Shown: positions 53,089 through 63,449, counted from the first letter of the stretch. The stretch is 64,000 nt of DNA from Gemmatimonadaceae bacterium (GCA_051859245.1 JBHYGA010000001.1:1405722-1469721), one strand, 5' to 3'. Numbers and translations: made by a program. The notes: a model not told the origin generated them from the sequence alone.

Positions 53089-55563
53089 ATGAGCACGAGC
53101 GCCCGGATTGACGAGCTGCGCAGCAAATTTGACGAAAACCCGCGTCGCTATTTTGCGCCGCTCGCCAACGAGTACCGGAAAGCGGGAGATCTCGACCAGG
53201 CGATAGCGCTGTGTCGGGAACATTTGCCCAAGCAGCCGGGGCACATGAGCGGACACATCGTGTTCGGTCAGGCGCTCTTCGAGCACGGTGAACTGGCCGA
53301 GGCGCAGACGGTGTTCGAGTCGGCGCTCGAGCTCGATCCCGAAAATCTCATTGCGCTCCGACATCTGGGCGATATCGCCCGATCGCGCGGCGATGCGCTG
53401 TCGGCCAAGCGCTGGTACGAGCGCGTGCTCGACGCTGATCCGCGCAACGATGATATCGCGTCGCTGCTGGCCTCGCTGACCCAGCGCATGACGCCCAGCG
53501 CCGCACAGTCACCGTACGGCTCGCCAAACGCGCCCACCGACTACGCGCCACCGATCGCGCCTGCGGCCGCCCCGGAAGATCCCTTCGAATCGGCCGATTC
53601 GCCGCAGTGGCATACGCCGGCGTTTCTCACGCCGCTCGGCTCCCAGGTCGTCTCGCGCACGCCTCCGGCCCCACCAGCGGCGCCGGATCTGCTGGATCTC
53701 GATTCCATGGTTGAGGTACCGGCTGCTGACGCGGCGGCCGACGAAGCGATTGCGTTTGACGCGGCGCTGCTCGCCGGTGCGGGTGACGAACCCCGGGACG
53801 TCGAGGACGATTTCGTGGCGATTGGTTCCGAAACGATCGAAAGCACCGACGAGATCGCGTTCGAGCTGCCGATCGCGATGGACAGTGCCGACGAGATCGC
53901 GTTCGAGCTGCCGATCGCGATGGACAGTGCCGACGAGGTTGCGCTCGAGATTCCGGATTTTCTGGCGACGACGGTCTCAGCCGAAGACATCGCTGATCCG
54001 CTTGCCGTCGCGCTTGATGCGTTCGCCACCAATGATCCGTTCGAAGTGGCTGACGAGCCGAGTCAGGAACTGACGACACCGAGTGCAGTGTCATTCGGGA
54101 CTCTGGATGCGCAAGACGCGCTGATCGAAGTCCACAGTTTCCCTGAAAGTGCGTCGGAGCCTGTTGCGTCTGCTAACGCATTCGATGACGCCGACGCGTT
54201 TGAGGAAGGACTTGTGGCTCAGGAGTGGCCCGACACGTCGGTGTTGAGCAGCCGCGCATTCACGCCCGCGCGCGCTCGCACACCGATTGACAGTGCCGTC
54301 GTTGACGAAGCGTTCGGAAGCGAAGCGGTGGAGCCGGACGTTGCGCCGGAAGCAGAGCCGACCGTCGTGGCGGAAGTGGCCGATAATTCCGAATCGACCA
54401 TCAGCACAGAGTCGCCCGATGATTCTGAAGCGACGTTCACGGCGGAAGTGGTGAACGATTTCGAATCTGCTGCGTCCACTGACGCCGCGGGCGATTTCCA
54501 CGCGGAGCAAGCGGCCGTCGCCGAGTTCGGCGATGATGATGCGGATGAAGACATCGACGTCGCTGAACGCATCACGACGGCCGAGTTCGAAGCCGTTGCG
54601 ATGGTTGACGAAGACCCGCCGGTGTGGAGTGCCGAAGCGCCGTGGAGTGCGGTGGCCGAGGACGAGCACGAGGCCGATGACATGCCTGAGGTCGAGGCGG
54701 CGGAGAGCGAGAGCAATCCGGCGTTCGTCACGGAGACCATGGCCGAGTTGCTGGTTGCGCAGGGCTTCGTTGATCGCGCGATCACGGTGTATGAGGAGCT
54801 CGTCAGCCGTCGTCCGTATGACGAGGTGCTCACGAGCCGCCTGACCGAATTGCGCGCCACGCTGGCGGCCGAGAGCACGCCGACGCAATCGGCCGCGCTC
54901 GCGCAGCCCATACCGTTGTACGGCGTGACGCCCGTCGAGAGCCTGCCGCCGCTTCGCTCGGCCACGCCGGCGTGGAGTGCGACGCCGGCCCGATCGGCCA
55001 CCCCGGCCTGGAGTGCAACGCCGGCTCGCTCGGCCACCCCTCTCAACGTGCCGCTCGTCGCGCCGATGTCGCGCCCCACCGCACGACAGTTCTTCGCGGC
55101 CCTTGCGGCGGTGCGGGTGGCACGTCGCACGCCGGCGTACGGCGCCGTGACGGTCACCTCGCCAACGCCGGCCGACGGGCTGGCCAGTTTGTTTGGCGAC
55201 ATGCCGGTTACCAGTGACGACATGGCGGCGCGCTCGCTCGCGCAGGCGTTCGGCAATCAGGAGGCCATGCAGCCTGGTCCGTCGCTCTTCTCTCCAGCGT
55301 CCGATGAAGAGCGTGAGCGCACGAGCATGAGCGCTGCGCCAGCCATGGAAGCATCGTCATCTGCGTCGTCCTTCTCATTCGACCGGTTCTTTCCGGATCC
55401 GGCCAGCGCGCCGTCGTCCGCGCGCGAAACCACAGAGGGTGCGGAGAAGGGCAGTGCAGTGATAGGTTCCGACGCTGGCAACCCGACGTCTGCTCCGCAG
55501 CCGTCGGCTGGTGAAGACTTGGCTCAGTTTGCCAGCTGGCTGAAGGGGCTTTCCAACTCGTGA
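53089..55563 (+). CDS. TPR protein with long acidic/Pro-rich disordered region
   Basis: FAPLANEYRKAG..QAI..C TPRs, internal TETMAELL..QG..AI.VY helix pair, terminal DLAQFASWLKGL helix. Confidence 0.78.
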   Translation: MSTSARIDELRSKFDENPRRYFAPLANEYRKAGDLDQAIALCREHLPKQPGHMSGHIVFGQALFEHGELAEAQTVFESALELDPENLIALRHLGDIARSRGDALSAKRWYERVLDADPRNDDIASLLASLTQRMTPSAAQSPYGSPNAPTDYAPPIAPAAAPEDPFESADSPQWHTPAFLTPLGSQVVSRTPPAPPAAPDLLDLDSMVEVPAADAAADEAIAFDAALLAGAGDEPRDVEDDFVAIGSETIESTDEIAFELPIAMDSADEIAFELPIAMDSADEVALEIPDFLATTVSAEDIADPLAVALDAFATNDPFEVADEPSQELTTPSAVSFGTLDAQDALIEVHSFPESASEPVASANAFDDADAFEEGLVAQEWPDTSVLSSRAFTPARARTPIDSAVVDEAFGSEAVEPDVAPEAEPTVVAEVADNSESTISTESPDDSEATFTAEVVNDFESAASTDAAGDFHAEQAAVAEFGDDDADEDIDVAERITTAEFEAVAMVDEDPPVWSAEAPWSAVAEDEHEADDMPEVEAAESESNPAFVTETMAELLVAQGFVDRAITVYEELVSRRPYDEVLTSRLTELRATLAAESTPTQSAALAQPIPLYGVTPVESLPPLRSATPAWSATPARSATPAWSATPARSATPLNVPLVAPMSRPTARQFFAALAAVRVARRTPAYGAVTVTSPTPADGLASLFGDMPVTSDDMAARSLAQAFGNQEAMQPGPSLFSPASDEERERTSMSAAPAMEASSSASSFSFDRFFPDPASAPSSARETTEGAEKGSAVIGSDAGNPTSAPQPSAGEDLAQFASWLKGLSNS
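53846..53937 (+). repeat. Exact 42-bp tandem duplication (DEIAFELPIAMDSA x2 plus a partial copy)
   Basis: CCGACGAGATCGCGTTCGAGCTGCCGATCGCGATGGACAGTG occurs twice in tandem. Confidence 0.93.
54955..55041 (+). repeat. Degenerate 18/36-bp repeat encoding (R/W)SATPA x5
   Basis: Protein reads RSATPAWSATPARSATPAWSATPARSATP. Confidence 0.85.
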
Positions 55564-55570
55564 GTCTGGT

Positions 55571-56008
55571 GTGCGCATTGGTGTTCTGAACGGCCCGAAT
55601 CTGAATCTGCTCGGCACGCGCGAGCCCACAGTCTACGGCACCACAACACTCGCGCAGATCGATGCTGAGCTGCAGGCGATCGCACGGGAACTGGACATCG
55701 AGCTGGTGTCCGTGCAAAAAAACGGCGAAGGCGAACTCATTGATGTCCTGCACGGATGGCAACATTCCGTGCAGGGCATTCTGGTGAATGCGGGCGCGTA
55801 TACACACACCAGTCTGGCACTGCGCGATGCGCTGACCGGGATCGCGATCCCGTTCGTCGAAGTGCATCTGAGCAACATCTATGCGCGAGAGCCGGAACGT
55901 CGGCATTCGATGCTGGCGTCGGCCGCTGTGGGCATGATTACCGGGCTTGGCGCGGCCGGCTACGGTCTGGCGCTGCGTGGTCTCGTCGCGCGTTTGCGCG
56001 CCGTCTGA
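55571..56008 (+). CDS. aroQ: Type II 3-dehydroquinate dehydratase
   Basis: LNGPNLNLLGTREP..YG, NAGAYTHTS.ALRDA, EVHLSNIYARE. Confidence 0.96.
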   Translation: MRIGVLNGPNLNLLGTREPTVYGTTTLAQIDAELQAIARELDIELVSVQKNGEGELIDVLHGWQHSVQGILVNAGAYTHTSLALRDALTGIAIPFVEVHLSNIYAREPERRHSMLASAAVGMITGLGAAGYGLALRGLVARLRAV

Positions 56009-56017
56009 GCGCAGTCC

Positions 56018-57106
56018 ATGGCTGATCCCAAACGCGCTCGAGTGAGCGCTGTGCGCGACGTGCTGGCCGCGCAGGATCTGGACGCGCTGCTCGTGTCCCA
56101 CCTGCCCAACATCCGGTGGCTGACTGGCTTCTCGGGCAGCAGCGCGCTGCTCGTGGTTACGGCGCTCGAGGTGGTGTTGCTCACGGACTTTCGTTACGCC
56201 ACCCAGGTCGAGTCTGAGGTGTCGCCCAATGTGCGTGTAGTGATTGTGGCCGAGAGTCTCTGGACGGAGCTCTGGGAGGTGTTGGGCGGCATGTTGGCCG
56301 TGCAGCGCCTGGGCTTCGATTCCACGCACCTCGTACACCGCGATTTTCAGCGGCTGCTCGAACAGGGCAAGCGTTGGCAATGGCGGCCAACTTCCGAGCT
56401 CATCGAGACGCTGCGCGAGTCGAAAGACGAGACCGAGATCGCGGCGATTCGTCGCGCGATTGTAATGGCCGAAACTGCGCTCGCGGCAACGCTGGAACAG
56501 CTCCGTCCGGGCCTGACGGAAACGGCTGTGGCAGGCGTGCTCGAGAAGGCACTGCGCGACGCGGGGAGCGAGGAATATCCGTTCTCGTCCATCGTGGCGT
56601 CGGGCCCGAACTCGGCGCTGCCTCACGCTCGTGCAGGAAGGCGCGAGCTTGAACGGGGCGACTTTGTCCTGCTGGACTTTGGGGCGGTTGCTGACGGCTA
56701 CTGTTCAGATATCACCCGGACCGTGGTACTGGGCCGGGCGTCGGCCGAGCAGCTGGAGGTGTACGAGGTTGTTCGCGAGGCAAATGCCCGGGCGTCGGCG
56801 GCAGTTCGTCCCGGAATGAAGGGGATGGATGCCGATGCGGTCGCGCGCGAGTACATTCACGCGCGCGGGTTTGGCGAGGCTTTTGGCCACAGCCTTGGGC
56901 ACGGGATCGGTCTTGAGGTACATGAGGCCCCTCGTCTCGCCAAAACTGCGGAAGCTGTGCTCCCATTGGGGGCGGTAGTAACCATTGAACCCGGGATCTA
57001 TCGGGCAGGGTGGGGTGGCATTCGGATAGAGGACAACGTCCTGCTCACGGAGCAAGGAGCGGTTGTGCTTACAGGATTCCATCGCAACTTGCTGGAGATC
57101 GCGTAA
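56018..57106 (+). CDS. pepQ: Xaa-Pro aminopeptidase/dipeptidase (M24)
   Basis: LTDFRY, SGPNSALPH, GYCSDITRT, HSLGHGIGLEVHE, EPGIY..GIRIED. Confidence 0.9.
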   Translation: MADPKRARVSAVRDVLAAQDLDALLVSHLPNIRWLTGFSGSSALLVVTALEVVLLTDFRYATQVESEVSPNVRVVIVAESLWTELWEVLGGMLAVQRLGFDSTHLVHRDFQRLLEQGKRWQWRPTSELIETLRESKDETEIAAIRRAIVMAETALAATLEQLRPGLTETAVAGVLEKALRDAGSEEYPFSSIVASGPNSALPHARAGRRELERGDFVLLDFGAVADGYCSDITRTVVLGRASAEQLEVYEVVREANARASAAVRPGMKGMDADAVAREYIHARGFGEAFGHSLGHGIGLEVHEAPRLAKTAEAVLPLGAVVTIEPGIYRAGWGGIRIEDNVLLTEQGAVVLTGFHRNLLEIA

Positions 57107-57176
57107 CTCGCGGGGTGGTGGCGGCACGTCGGTGCCGCGCGTCCCTCGCCCGACTGCGTCGTAGAGACCGCCAGAC

Positions 57177-57671
57177 ATGATTGATCTGCGCTATGTGAAG
57201 AAGGTGATTGAAATGCTCGACCAGTCCTCCGTGGACTCGATCGAAATTTCATCCGACAAGGGGATGAAGCTGCGCATTTCGAAGAGCCCGCCTCAAAGGG
57301 GCGGCACAATCCAGATGGCCGCGCCCATGAACGCGCCTGCGGCCGTGTTGCCTCCGGCCGCGCCTGCGCGTCCTGCGGACGAGGGGGGACGCGTGGCGAC
57401 GCCACCGGTCGAGGCGCCGCGCACGACCCTGCTTGAGATCAAGTCGCCGATGGTGGGCACGTATTACCAGTCTCCGGAACCGAGTGCCAAAGCCTACGTG
57501 GCGGTTGGTGACCGGATTGCCAAGGGGCAGGTGGTCTGCATCATCGAAGCGATGAAAATCATGAACGAGCTCGAGTCCGAAGTCGACGGCATTGTTCGCG
57601 AGATCAACGTGAATGACGCGCAGCCGGTTGAATACGGACAAGTGCTCTTCCGCATCGACCCGAACGGCTGA
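57177..57671 (+). CDS. accB: Acetyl-CoA carboxylase biotin carboxyl carrier protein
   Basis: KSPMVGT.Y..P.P, IIEAMKIMNE, VEYGQ.LF. Confidence 0.97.
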   Translation: MIDLRYVKKVIEMLDQSSVDSIEISSDKGMKLRISKSPPQRGGTIQMAAPMNAPAAVLPPAAPARPADEGGRVATPPVEAPRTTLLEIKSPMVGTYYQSPEPSAKAYVAVGDRIAKGQVVCIIEAMKIMNELESEVDGIVREINVNDAQPVEYGQVLFRIDPNG

Positions 57672-57681
57672 GAAACTTCCT

Positions 57682-58848
57682 ATGACGATGGTCTCCGGCG
57701 CACAACCCAGTACATCAGCGCCGGCGAGCCTCGATCTGAAGGCCGCCTTGCAGCGCATGGTGACGGAAGGCGCGTCCGACTTGCACCTCAAAGTCGGACG
57801 GCCGCCAACCTTGCGTTTGCACGGCGACCTGATCGCGTTGCCCATGGCACCGCTTCGTCCAGAAGAACTGCGCACGTTGGCGGAGCATCTGCTGCCGCCC
57901 GCGCAGCTGCGTGAGTTCGTGGAAATGCGCGAAGCCGACTTCGCGATCAACGTGCCGGGCATCGGCCGTTTTCGTGTGAACGTGTACCAGCAAAAAGGCA
58001 CCGTGGCATTTGCCATGCGCGCCATTGCGCACGCGGCGAACTCCATTCGCGAACTCAACTTGCCGCCCGTGCTTGAGCAGATCGCGCTCAAGCCGCGAGG
58101 TCTGGTGCTCGTCACGGGCGTCACGGGATCCGGCAAGAGCACGGCGCTGGCCGCGATGGTGCATCACATCAACGAGCGTCGCTCCGCGAACATCATCACG
58201 ATCGAAGATCCGATCGAGTTTGTGCATCGCGACGTGAAGAGCCACATCAATCAGCGCGAAGTCGGCACCGATACCGCCACGTTTGCGCAGGCGTTACGTC
58301 GCGTGCTGCGTCAGGACCCCGACGTGGTCATGATCGGTGAAATTCGAGATCTCGAAACGCTCGACGTTGCGCTCAAGGCGGCCGGTACCGGTCACCTGGT
58401 GTTCTCCACGCTGCACACCACCGACGCGACGCTCACGATCAACCGTATTCTCTCGTTCTATCCGCCTCACCAGCAGAACGAAGTGCGGTTCGCACTCGCC
58501 AATGCACTTGAGGCGGTTGTGTCGTTACGTCTCGTGCCGCGGGCCGATCAGCCAGGCCGCGTACCGGCGTGCGAAGTCCTCGTGAACACCGGCGCTGTAC
58601 GCGAGCAGATCCGCGACCTCAAGGCCACACTGAATATTCCCGACCTCATTCGTGAGGGCAGTGTGGCGTACGGCATGCAGACCTTCGACCAGTCGCTCAT
58701 GACCTGGTACAGCAAGGGCATGATCTCGTACGAAAACGCGCTCTTCTACGCCTCGAGTCCGAGCGAGTTCGCGCTCAAGATTCAGGGTGTCGACGGCGCC
58801 AGCGACCAGTCGTTCGACGGCTTCAAGCCCGGCTCCGGCGCGATGTAA
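57682..58848 (+). CDS. pilT: PilT/PilU-family type IV pilus retraction ATPase
   Basis: ASDLHL, RFRVN, Walker A GVTGSGKS, TIEDPIE, RQDPDVVMIGEIRD, TGHLVFSTLH, GMQTFDQSL. Confidence 0.9.
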   Translation: MTMVSGAQPSTSAPASLDLKAALQRMVTEGASDLHLKVGRPPTLRLHGDLIALPMAPLRPEELRTLAEHLLPPAQLREFVEMREADFAINVPGIGRFRVNVYQQKGTVAFAMRAIAHAANSIRELNLPPVLEQIALKPRGLVLVTGVTGSGKSTALAAMVHHINERRSANIITIEDPIEFVHRDVKSHINQREVGTDTATFAQALRRVLRQDPDVVMIGEIRDLETLDVALKAAGTGHLVFSTLHTTDATLTINRILSFYPPHQQNEVRFALANALEAVVSLRLVPRADQPGRVPACEVLVNTGAVREQIRDLKATLNIPDLIREGSVAYGMQTFDQSLMTWYSKGMISYENALFYASSPSEFALKIQGVDGASDQSFDGFKPGSGAM

Positions 58849-59051
58849 ACCGGTTCCCATCCGCGGCGTAAGCGCGGGTGGCTGACGCAAATGGGCCCGG
58901 ATTCGCGCCCATGACTGGCGGGAAGTGAGTCGTATCGCCACTCTTCGGCGTGATCCGATCTGGTCGTTTTCACGCGGCCGGTTTTCCTGTGGTCGGATTG
59001 CCGCCGGACTGACATCCGTCGTCGCGGCGCGATGGCCCCCTGCAAACCGTC

Positions 59052-60410
59052 ATGTTCAAAAAGGTCCTGATTGCCAATCGCGGCGAGATCGCCCTTCGCG
59101 TGATTCGGGCGTGTCGCGAGCTCGGCGTGCAAACTGTTGCCGTCTACTCCGAAGCAGATCGCGAATCACTGCATGTGCGCTTTGCCGACGATGACGTGTG
59201 CATTGGTCCGGCGCCCAGCCGCGACTCGTATTTGCGTATTCCTCGCCTGATCGCGGCGGCCGAGATTACGGGTGCCGACGCCATTCACCCAGGCTACGGA
59301 TTCCTGGCCGAGAACGCCGAGTTCGCGGAAACGTGTGCGGCGTCCGGTATCACGTTCATCGGCCCCACCCCGGATCAGATCCGCGTGATGGGCGATAAAG
59401 CGTCCGCGCGGCGTGCCATGGCCGCGGTTGGCGTGCCGATCGTGCCCGGTTCGCCGGGACCCGTTGAAGACGTGGACGAGGCGCTCGCCTTCGCGCGCGA
59501 GATTGGCTTCCCGGTCATCATCAAGGCCGCGGCCGGTGGCGGTGGCAAGGGCATGCGCGTCGCGCGCGACCCCGATGATTTTGCGCGCTCGTTCCAGCTT
59601 GCGCGCAGCGAAGCACTGAGTGCGTTTGGCAACGGCGATGTGTACGTGGAGAAATTCCTCGAGCGCCCGCGACACGTGGAGTTCCAGGTGCTCGGTGACT
59701 CCAAGGGACATGTGATTCATCTTGGTGAGCGTGACTGTTCCGTGCAGCGTCGCCACCAGAAACTGATTGAAGAGGCACCGTGCCCGGTGATGACGCCGGA
59801 ACTGCGCGAGCGAATGGGTGAAGCCGCGGTGCGCGGTGCGCAGGCCATCAATTATGTTGGTGCCGGCACCGTGGAAATGCTGCTGGATACCGACGGTTCG
59901 TTCTACTTCATGGAGATGAACACGCGCATTCAGGTTGAGCATCCGGTCACGGAAATGCTCACTGGCGTGGATCTCGTGAAGGAACAGATTCGTGTGGCCT
60001 CCGGTGAAGAGCTCACCGTGAAAACGTTGCCGGCCTTTCGTGGCCACGTGATCGAGTGTCGTGTGAACGCCGAAGATCCGGCGCGCAACTTTCAACCGTC
60101 GCCCGGACTCATTCACACCTTCCATCCACCGGGTGGTCCGGGGGTACGCGTGGATACGCACGTGTACGCCGGCTACACAGTGCCGCCGTACTACGACTCA
60201 TTGCTGGCGAAGCTGATCGTGCAGGGTCGCGATCGCCCTGAAGCCATTCGTCGCATGCAAATCGCGCTCGAAAGTTTTGTGGTGGAAGGCGTGACCACCA
60301 CGATTCCGTTTCTCGCGCGTGTGATGCAGCATCCGAATTTCATGCGTGGTGATGTTCACACCAAGTTCCTTGAGTTCGAAGGCGCGGAGTTGATGAAGGA
60401 GCCGGGGTGA
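59052..60410 (+). CDS. accC: Acetyl-CoA carboxylase biotin carboxylase
   Basis: [44 protein letters not shown]. Confidence 0.97.
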   Translation: MFKKVLIANRGEIALRVIRACRELGVQTVAVYSEADRESLHVRFADDDVCIGPAPSRDSYLRIPRLIAAAEITGADAIHPGYGFLAENAEFAETCAASGITFIGPTPDQIRVMGDKASARRAMAAVGVPIVPGSPGPVEDVDEALAFAREIGFPVIIKAAAGGGGKGMRVARDPDDFARSFQLARSEALSAFGNGDVYVEKFLERPRHVEFQVLGDSKGHVIHLGERDCSVQRRHQKLIEEAPCPVMTPELRERMGEAAVRGAQAINYVGAGTVEMLLDTDGSFYFMEMNTRIQVEHPVTEMLTGVDLVKEQIRVASGEELTVKTLPAFRGHVIECRVNAEDPARNFQPSPGLIHTFHPPGGPGVRVDTHVYAGYTVPPYYDSLLAKLIVQGRDRPEAIRRMQIALESFVVEGVTTTIPFLARVMQHPNFMRGDVHTKFLEFEGAELMKEPG

Positions 60411-61156
60411 TGCGAGCGGACGTGCTGCTCGGTGAAGCTTCGCCGACGCCGTCCGATGTTGCTGGGCGTGTGGTCGTGGTAATCGACGTGTTGCGCGCCA
60501 CGACCGTCATGATTCAGGCGCTGGCCAATGGCGCACGGGCAATCGTGCCGTGCGCTGAGGTCGCTGGCGCTGTGGCCACCGCGCAGCGGTATGATCGAAG
60601 TGATGTGTGCTTGGCCGGTGAGCGCAACTCGCGGCCCATTGACGGATTCGATTTCGGCAACTCGCCGCAGCTCATGCGTCGTGAGGCGGTGGAACGTCGC
60701 ACCGTGATCATGACCACAACCAATGGCACGCGCGCGCTGCTCGGCACGCACGGTGCGCGCGAAGTGTTGGTTGCAGCGTTTGTGAATCTGTCCGCGATCG
60801 TATACGCGGTCGCACGCGCGACTGCCGACGGCACAGATCTGCTCATCGTGTGTGCGGGCCAGGACCGACATTTTGCACTCGAAGACGCAGCCTGTGCCGG
60901 CGTCCTGCTCAACGAGCTGGCGCGCCTTCGCCGAGGCATAGTGTTTGGTGACGCGGCGTCGCTCGTTCGACAGCTTGGTCGGCGCTACGCCAAGGAGCCC
61001 GCCCGCCTCGCGCACGATGCAGCGCATGCGCACTCGCTGACTACCTCCGGTTTTGCGGACGATGTGCGATACTGTCTGATGCGCGATTCCATTCCTCTCG
61101 TTGCCACCTATTCAGACCGACAGGTCACCCGTGAGCGGAACTTCTCTCCGGCGTGA
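60407..61156 (+). CDS. comB: 2-phosphosulfolactate phosphatase-like protein
   Basis: [37 protein letters not shown]. Confidence 0.88.
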   Translation: MMRADVLLGEASPTPSDVAGRVVVVIDVLRATTVMIQALANGARAIVPCAEVAGAVATAQRYDRSDVCLAGERNSRPIDGFDFGNSPQLMRREAVERRTVIMTTTNGTRALLGTHGAREVLVAAFVNLSAIVYAVARATADGTDLLIVCAGQDRHFALEDAACAGVLLNELARLRRGIVFGDAASLVRQLGRRYAKEPARLAHDAAHAHSLTTSGFADDVRYCLMRDSIPLVATYSDRQVTRERNFSPA

Positions 61157-63449
61157 GTTCGCGTCCATCGGATTGGCGTTGTTTGCGGTGTTCCTGGTCG
61201 GAGCACTGCTGCTGCAGCGTGTGCCGGCGAGTGGCGTGTGTTTTGACGCGACCGGATTGTTTGGTCCGGTGGGCACGTTTGTGCGCTGTGTCCTCGTTGG
61301 CGCGGTTGGCATTCCCGGTGCGCTGCTGATCGCGGGTGCCAGCGCTCTGGTGGCGTTGCGGCTGGTCGGCCGATTCGGTGACACGTCCACGCACGATGCA
61401 ACACGCGCGGCGATGCTGGCGGCGGGCGCGGTTTTGCTCGTCCCCGTTGCGATTGCGCTTGTGCGCGGCGGCGAACCCGAAGGCAGCAGCGCCAGCGGTC
61501 TCTGGGGAAGTTTTGTCGCGCACTATTTGCGAAAATTCCTCGGCGCGGCCGGCGCGTGGATTGTGTGGGTGCTCGGCGCCAGCGCGCTCACGGTGTTTAC
61601 AATTCGCTGGAATCCGTTGCGTGTCGTGATGGCGCCGCCCGCCGGTGGTGGCGTGCGCGCCGCGGCAGCGACGGCACGACAAACGTTGGCCGAACGACTC
61701 GCGCCGGAGCCTGAAGAGCTGCCGGCGATTGATCCGGTCGTCGCGCGGGAAATGGCGCAGCCGATTGTGGAGGCCGTGACCGCGTCGCCGCGCGACACCA
61801 GGAAGTCGCGCAAGCCGTCGAGATCGGATGGTGTGAGTGGCGATCTGTTTGGCGTTGACGCGGTGCTCGATCATGAGGCGCGCGCTGCGGCGGCTGGTGA
61901 TGACGAACTGCCGTCTACAGCGCTCCTCAGTGCGCCGCCCGCACGTCGCGAAGACGCTGGCCGCGAAGCGCTTGATCAGGCAGGCGAAAAGCTGATGGCC
62001 ACATTACGCACGTTCAAAGTGGACGGCGAACTGGTCGGCCGCACCAGTGGACCCACGGTCACGCAGTTCGAGATTGAACCGGCCGCCGGTGTAAAGGTGC
62101 GACAGATCGCCGCACTCGCCGACGATCTGGCCCTGGCCATGCGCGCGCCGAGCATTCGCATCGTGGCGCCGATTCCAGGACGCGGTGCGGTGGGCGTCGA
62201 GGTGCCCAATCCCACACCTGAAACCGTGTACCTGCGCGAAGTGATTGAGTCGCGCGAGTTTCAGCTGGCGCGCGCGGCGCTTCCAGTGGCGCTGGGTAAG
62301 GACCTGGAAGGGCGCGCGGTGATTGCGGATCTCGCCAAGATGCCGCACTTGCTCATTGCGGGCGCCACGGGCAGCGGCAAATCGGTGTGCGTGAACACGA
62401 TCATCACAAGTCTCGTGTATCGGCACACGCCGCGTACACTGCGTTTCCTGATGGTCGATCCCAAAATGGTCGAGCTCAGCGTGTACAACACGCTGCCGCA
62501 TTTGCGTCACAAGGTGATTACTGACAATCGTGACGCCGCTGCGGTACTCAAGTGGGCCGTGCTCGAAATGCAGGAGCGCTACCGGCTGCTTGAAGCCAAT
62601 GCGTGTCGTAATCTGCAGGAGTTCAACAAGCGCGCCTCGGCACACGAAGCAGGTGAAGGTCCGGCGTTGCGTTTTCCCAAGTCGCCCGACGTCGCGTTCG
62701 AGGATCGCACGTATACCGGCGGGCCGCTGCCGTACATCGTGGTGGTGATCGACGAAATGGCCGATCTCATGATGACGGTGCAGGGTGAAGTGGAAACACC
62801 AATCGCAATGCTGGCGCAGAAAGCTCGCGCGATTGGTATTCACCTGATTCTGGCGACGCAGCGTCCCAGCGTGAACGTGATCACGGGTTTGATCAAAGCA
62901 AACTTTCCCTGTCGCATCGCGTTCCGCGTGGCGTCGCAGGTGGATAGTCGCACCATCATTGACGGCGCTGGTGCCGAAGCGCTGCTCGGCAACGGCGACA
63001 TGCTGTTCATTCCGCCAGGGAAATCAGAGCCGGCGCGTTTGCAGGGCGCGTACCTGTCAAGCGAAGAGACCGAACAGTTGATGGCGTGGTACACGAACGA
63101 ACGGGACAAGCGTGCGGCCACGGCGGCTGGACTTGAGTTCGCCGAACCCGACATTCTGGAAACGGTACGCGCACTCGACGCCAAGGATGACGAGGACGGC
63201 GACGATGACGGTGTGGACGGCGATCGTGATGCACGATTCCGTGAGGCGGCAGAAATCGTGATTCATCAGCGACAGGGATCCACGTCGTTGTTGCAAAGAA
63301 AAATGAAGGTGGGCTACGGTCGCGCCGCTCGCATGATCGACCAGCTCGAGGCGGCGGGTGTGCTTTCCGCCTCAGAGGGGGCGTCGAAACCGCGCGAGGT
63401 GCTGGTGGGACTAGCCGATCTGGATCGGATCTGCGGAAGACAAGGCTGA
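61131..63449 (+). CDS. ftsK: DNA translocase FtsK
   Basis: N-terminal transmembrane helices, MPHLLIAGATGSGKSV, VDPKMVEL, IDEMADLMM, LATQRPSV, gamma domain STSLLQR..GYGRAAR. Confidence 0.96.
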   Translation: MSGTSLRREFASIGLALFAVFLVGALLLQRVPASGVCFDATGLFGPVGTFVRCVLVGAVGIPGALLIAGASALVALRLVGRFGDTSTHDATRAAMLAAGAVLLVPVAIALVRGGEPEGSSASGLWGSFVAHYLRKFLGAAGAWIVWVLGASALTVFTIRWNPLRVVMAPPAGGGVRAAAATARQTLAERLAPEPEELPAIDPVVAREMAQPIVEAVTASPRDTRKSRKPSRSDGVSGDLFGVDAVLDHEARAAAAGDDELPSTALLSAPPARREDAGREALDQAGEKLMATLRTFKVDGELVGRTSGPTVTQFEIEPAAGVKVRQIAALADDLALAMRAPSIRIVAPIPGRGAVGVEVPNPTPETVYLREVIESREFQLARAALPVALGKDLEGRAVIADLAKMPHLLIAGATGSGKSVCVNTIITSLVYRHTPRTLRFLMVDPKMVELSVYNTLPHLRHKVITDNRDAAAVLKWAVLEMQERYRLLEANACRNLQEFNKRASAHEAGEGPALRFPKSPDVAFEDRTYTGGPLPYIVVVIDEMADLMMTVQGEVETPIAMLAQKARAIGIHLILATQRPSVNVITGLIKANFPCRIAFRVASQVDSRTIIDGAGAEALLGNGDMLFIPPGKSEPARLQGAYLSSEETEQLMAWYTNERDKRAATAAGLEFAEPDILETVRALDAKDDEDGDDDGVDGDRDARFREAAEIVIHQRQGSTSLLQRKMKVGYGRAARMIDQLEAAGVLSASEGASKPREVLVGLADLDRICGRQG

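Noticed and set aside
57107..57176. Remnant of efp between pepQ and accB
   Set aside because: Only 70 nt with a small GCGGCAC/GTGCCGC hairpin and no EF-P-like coding trace
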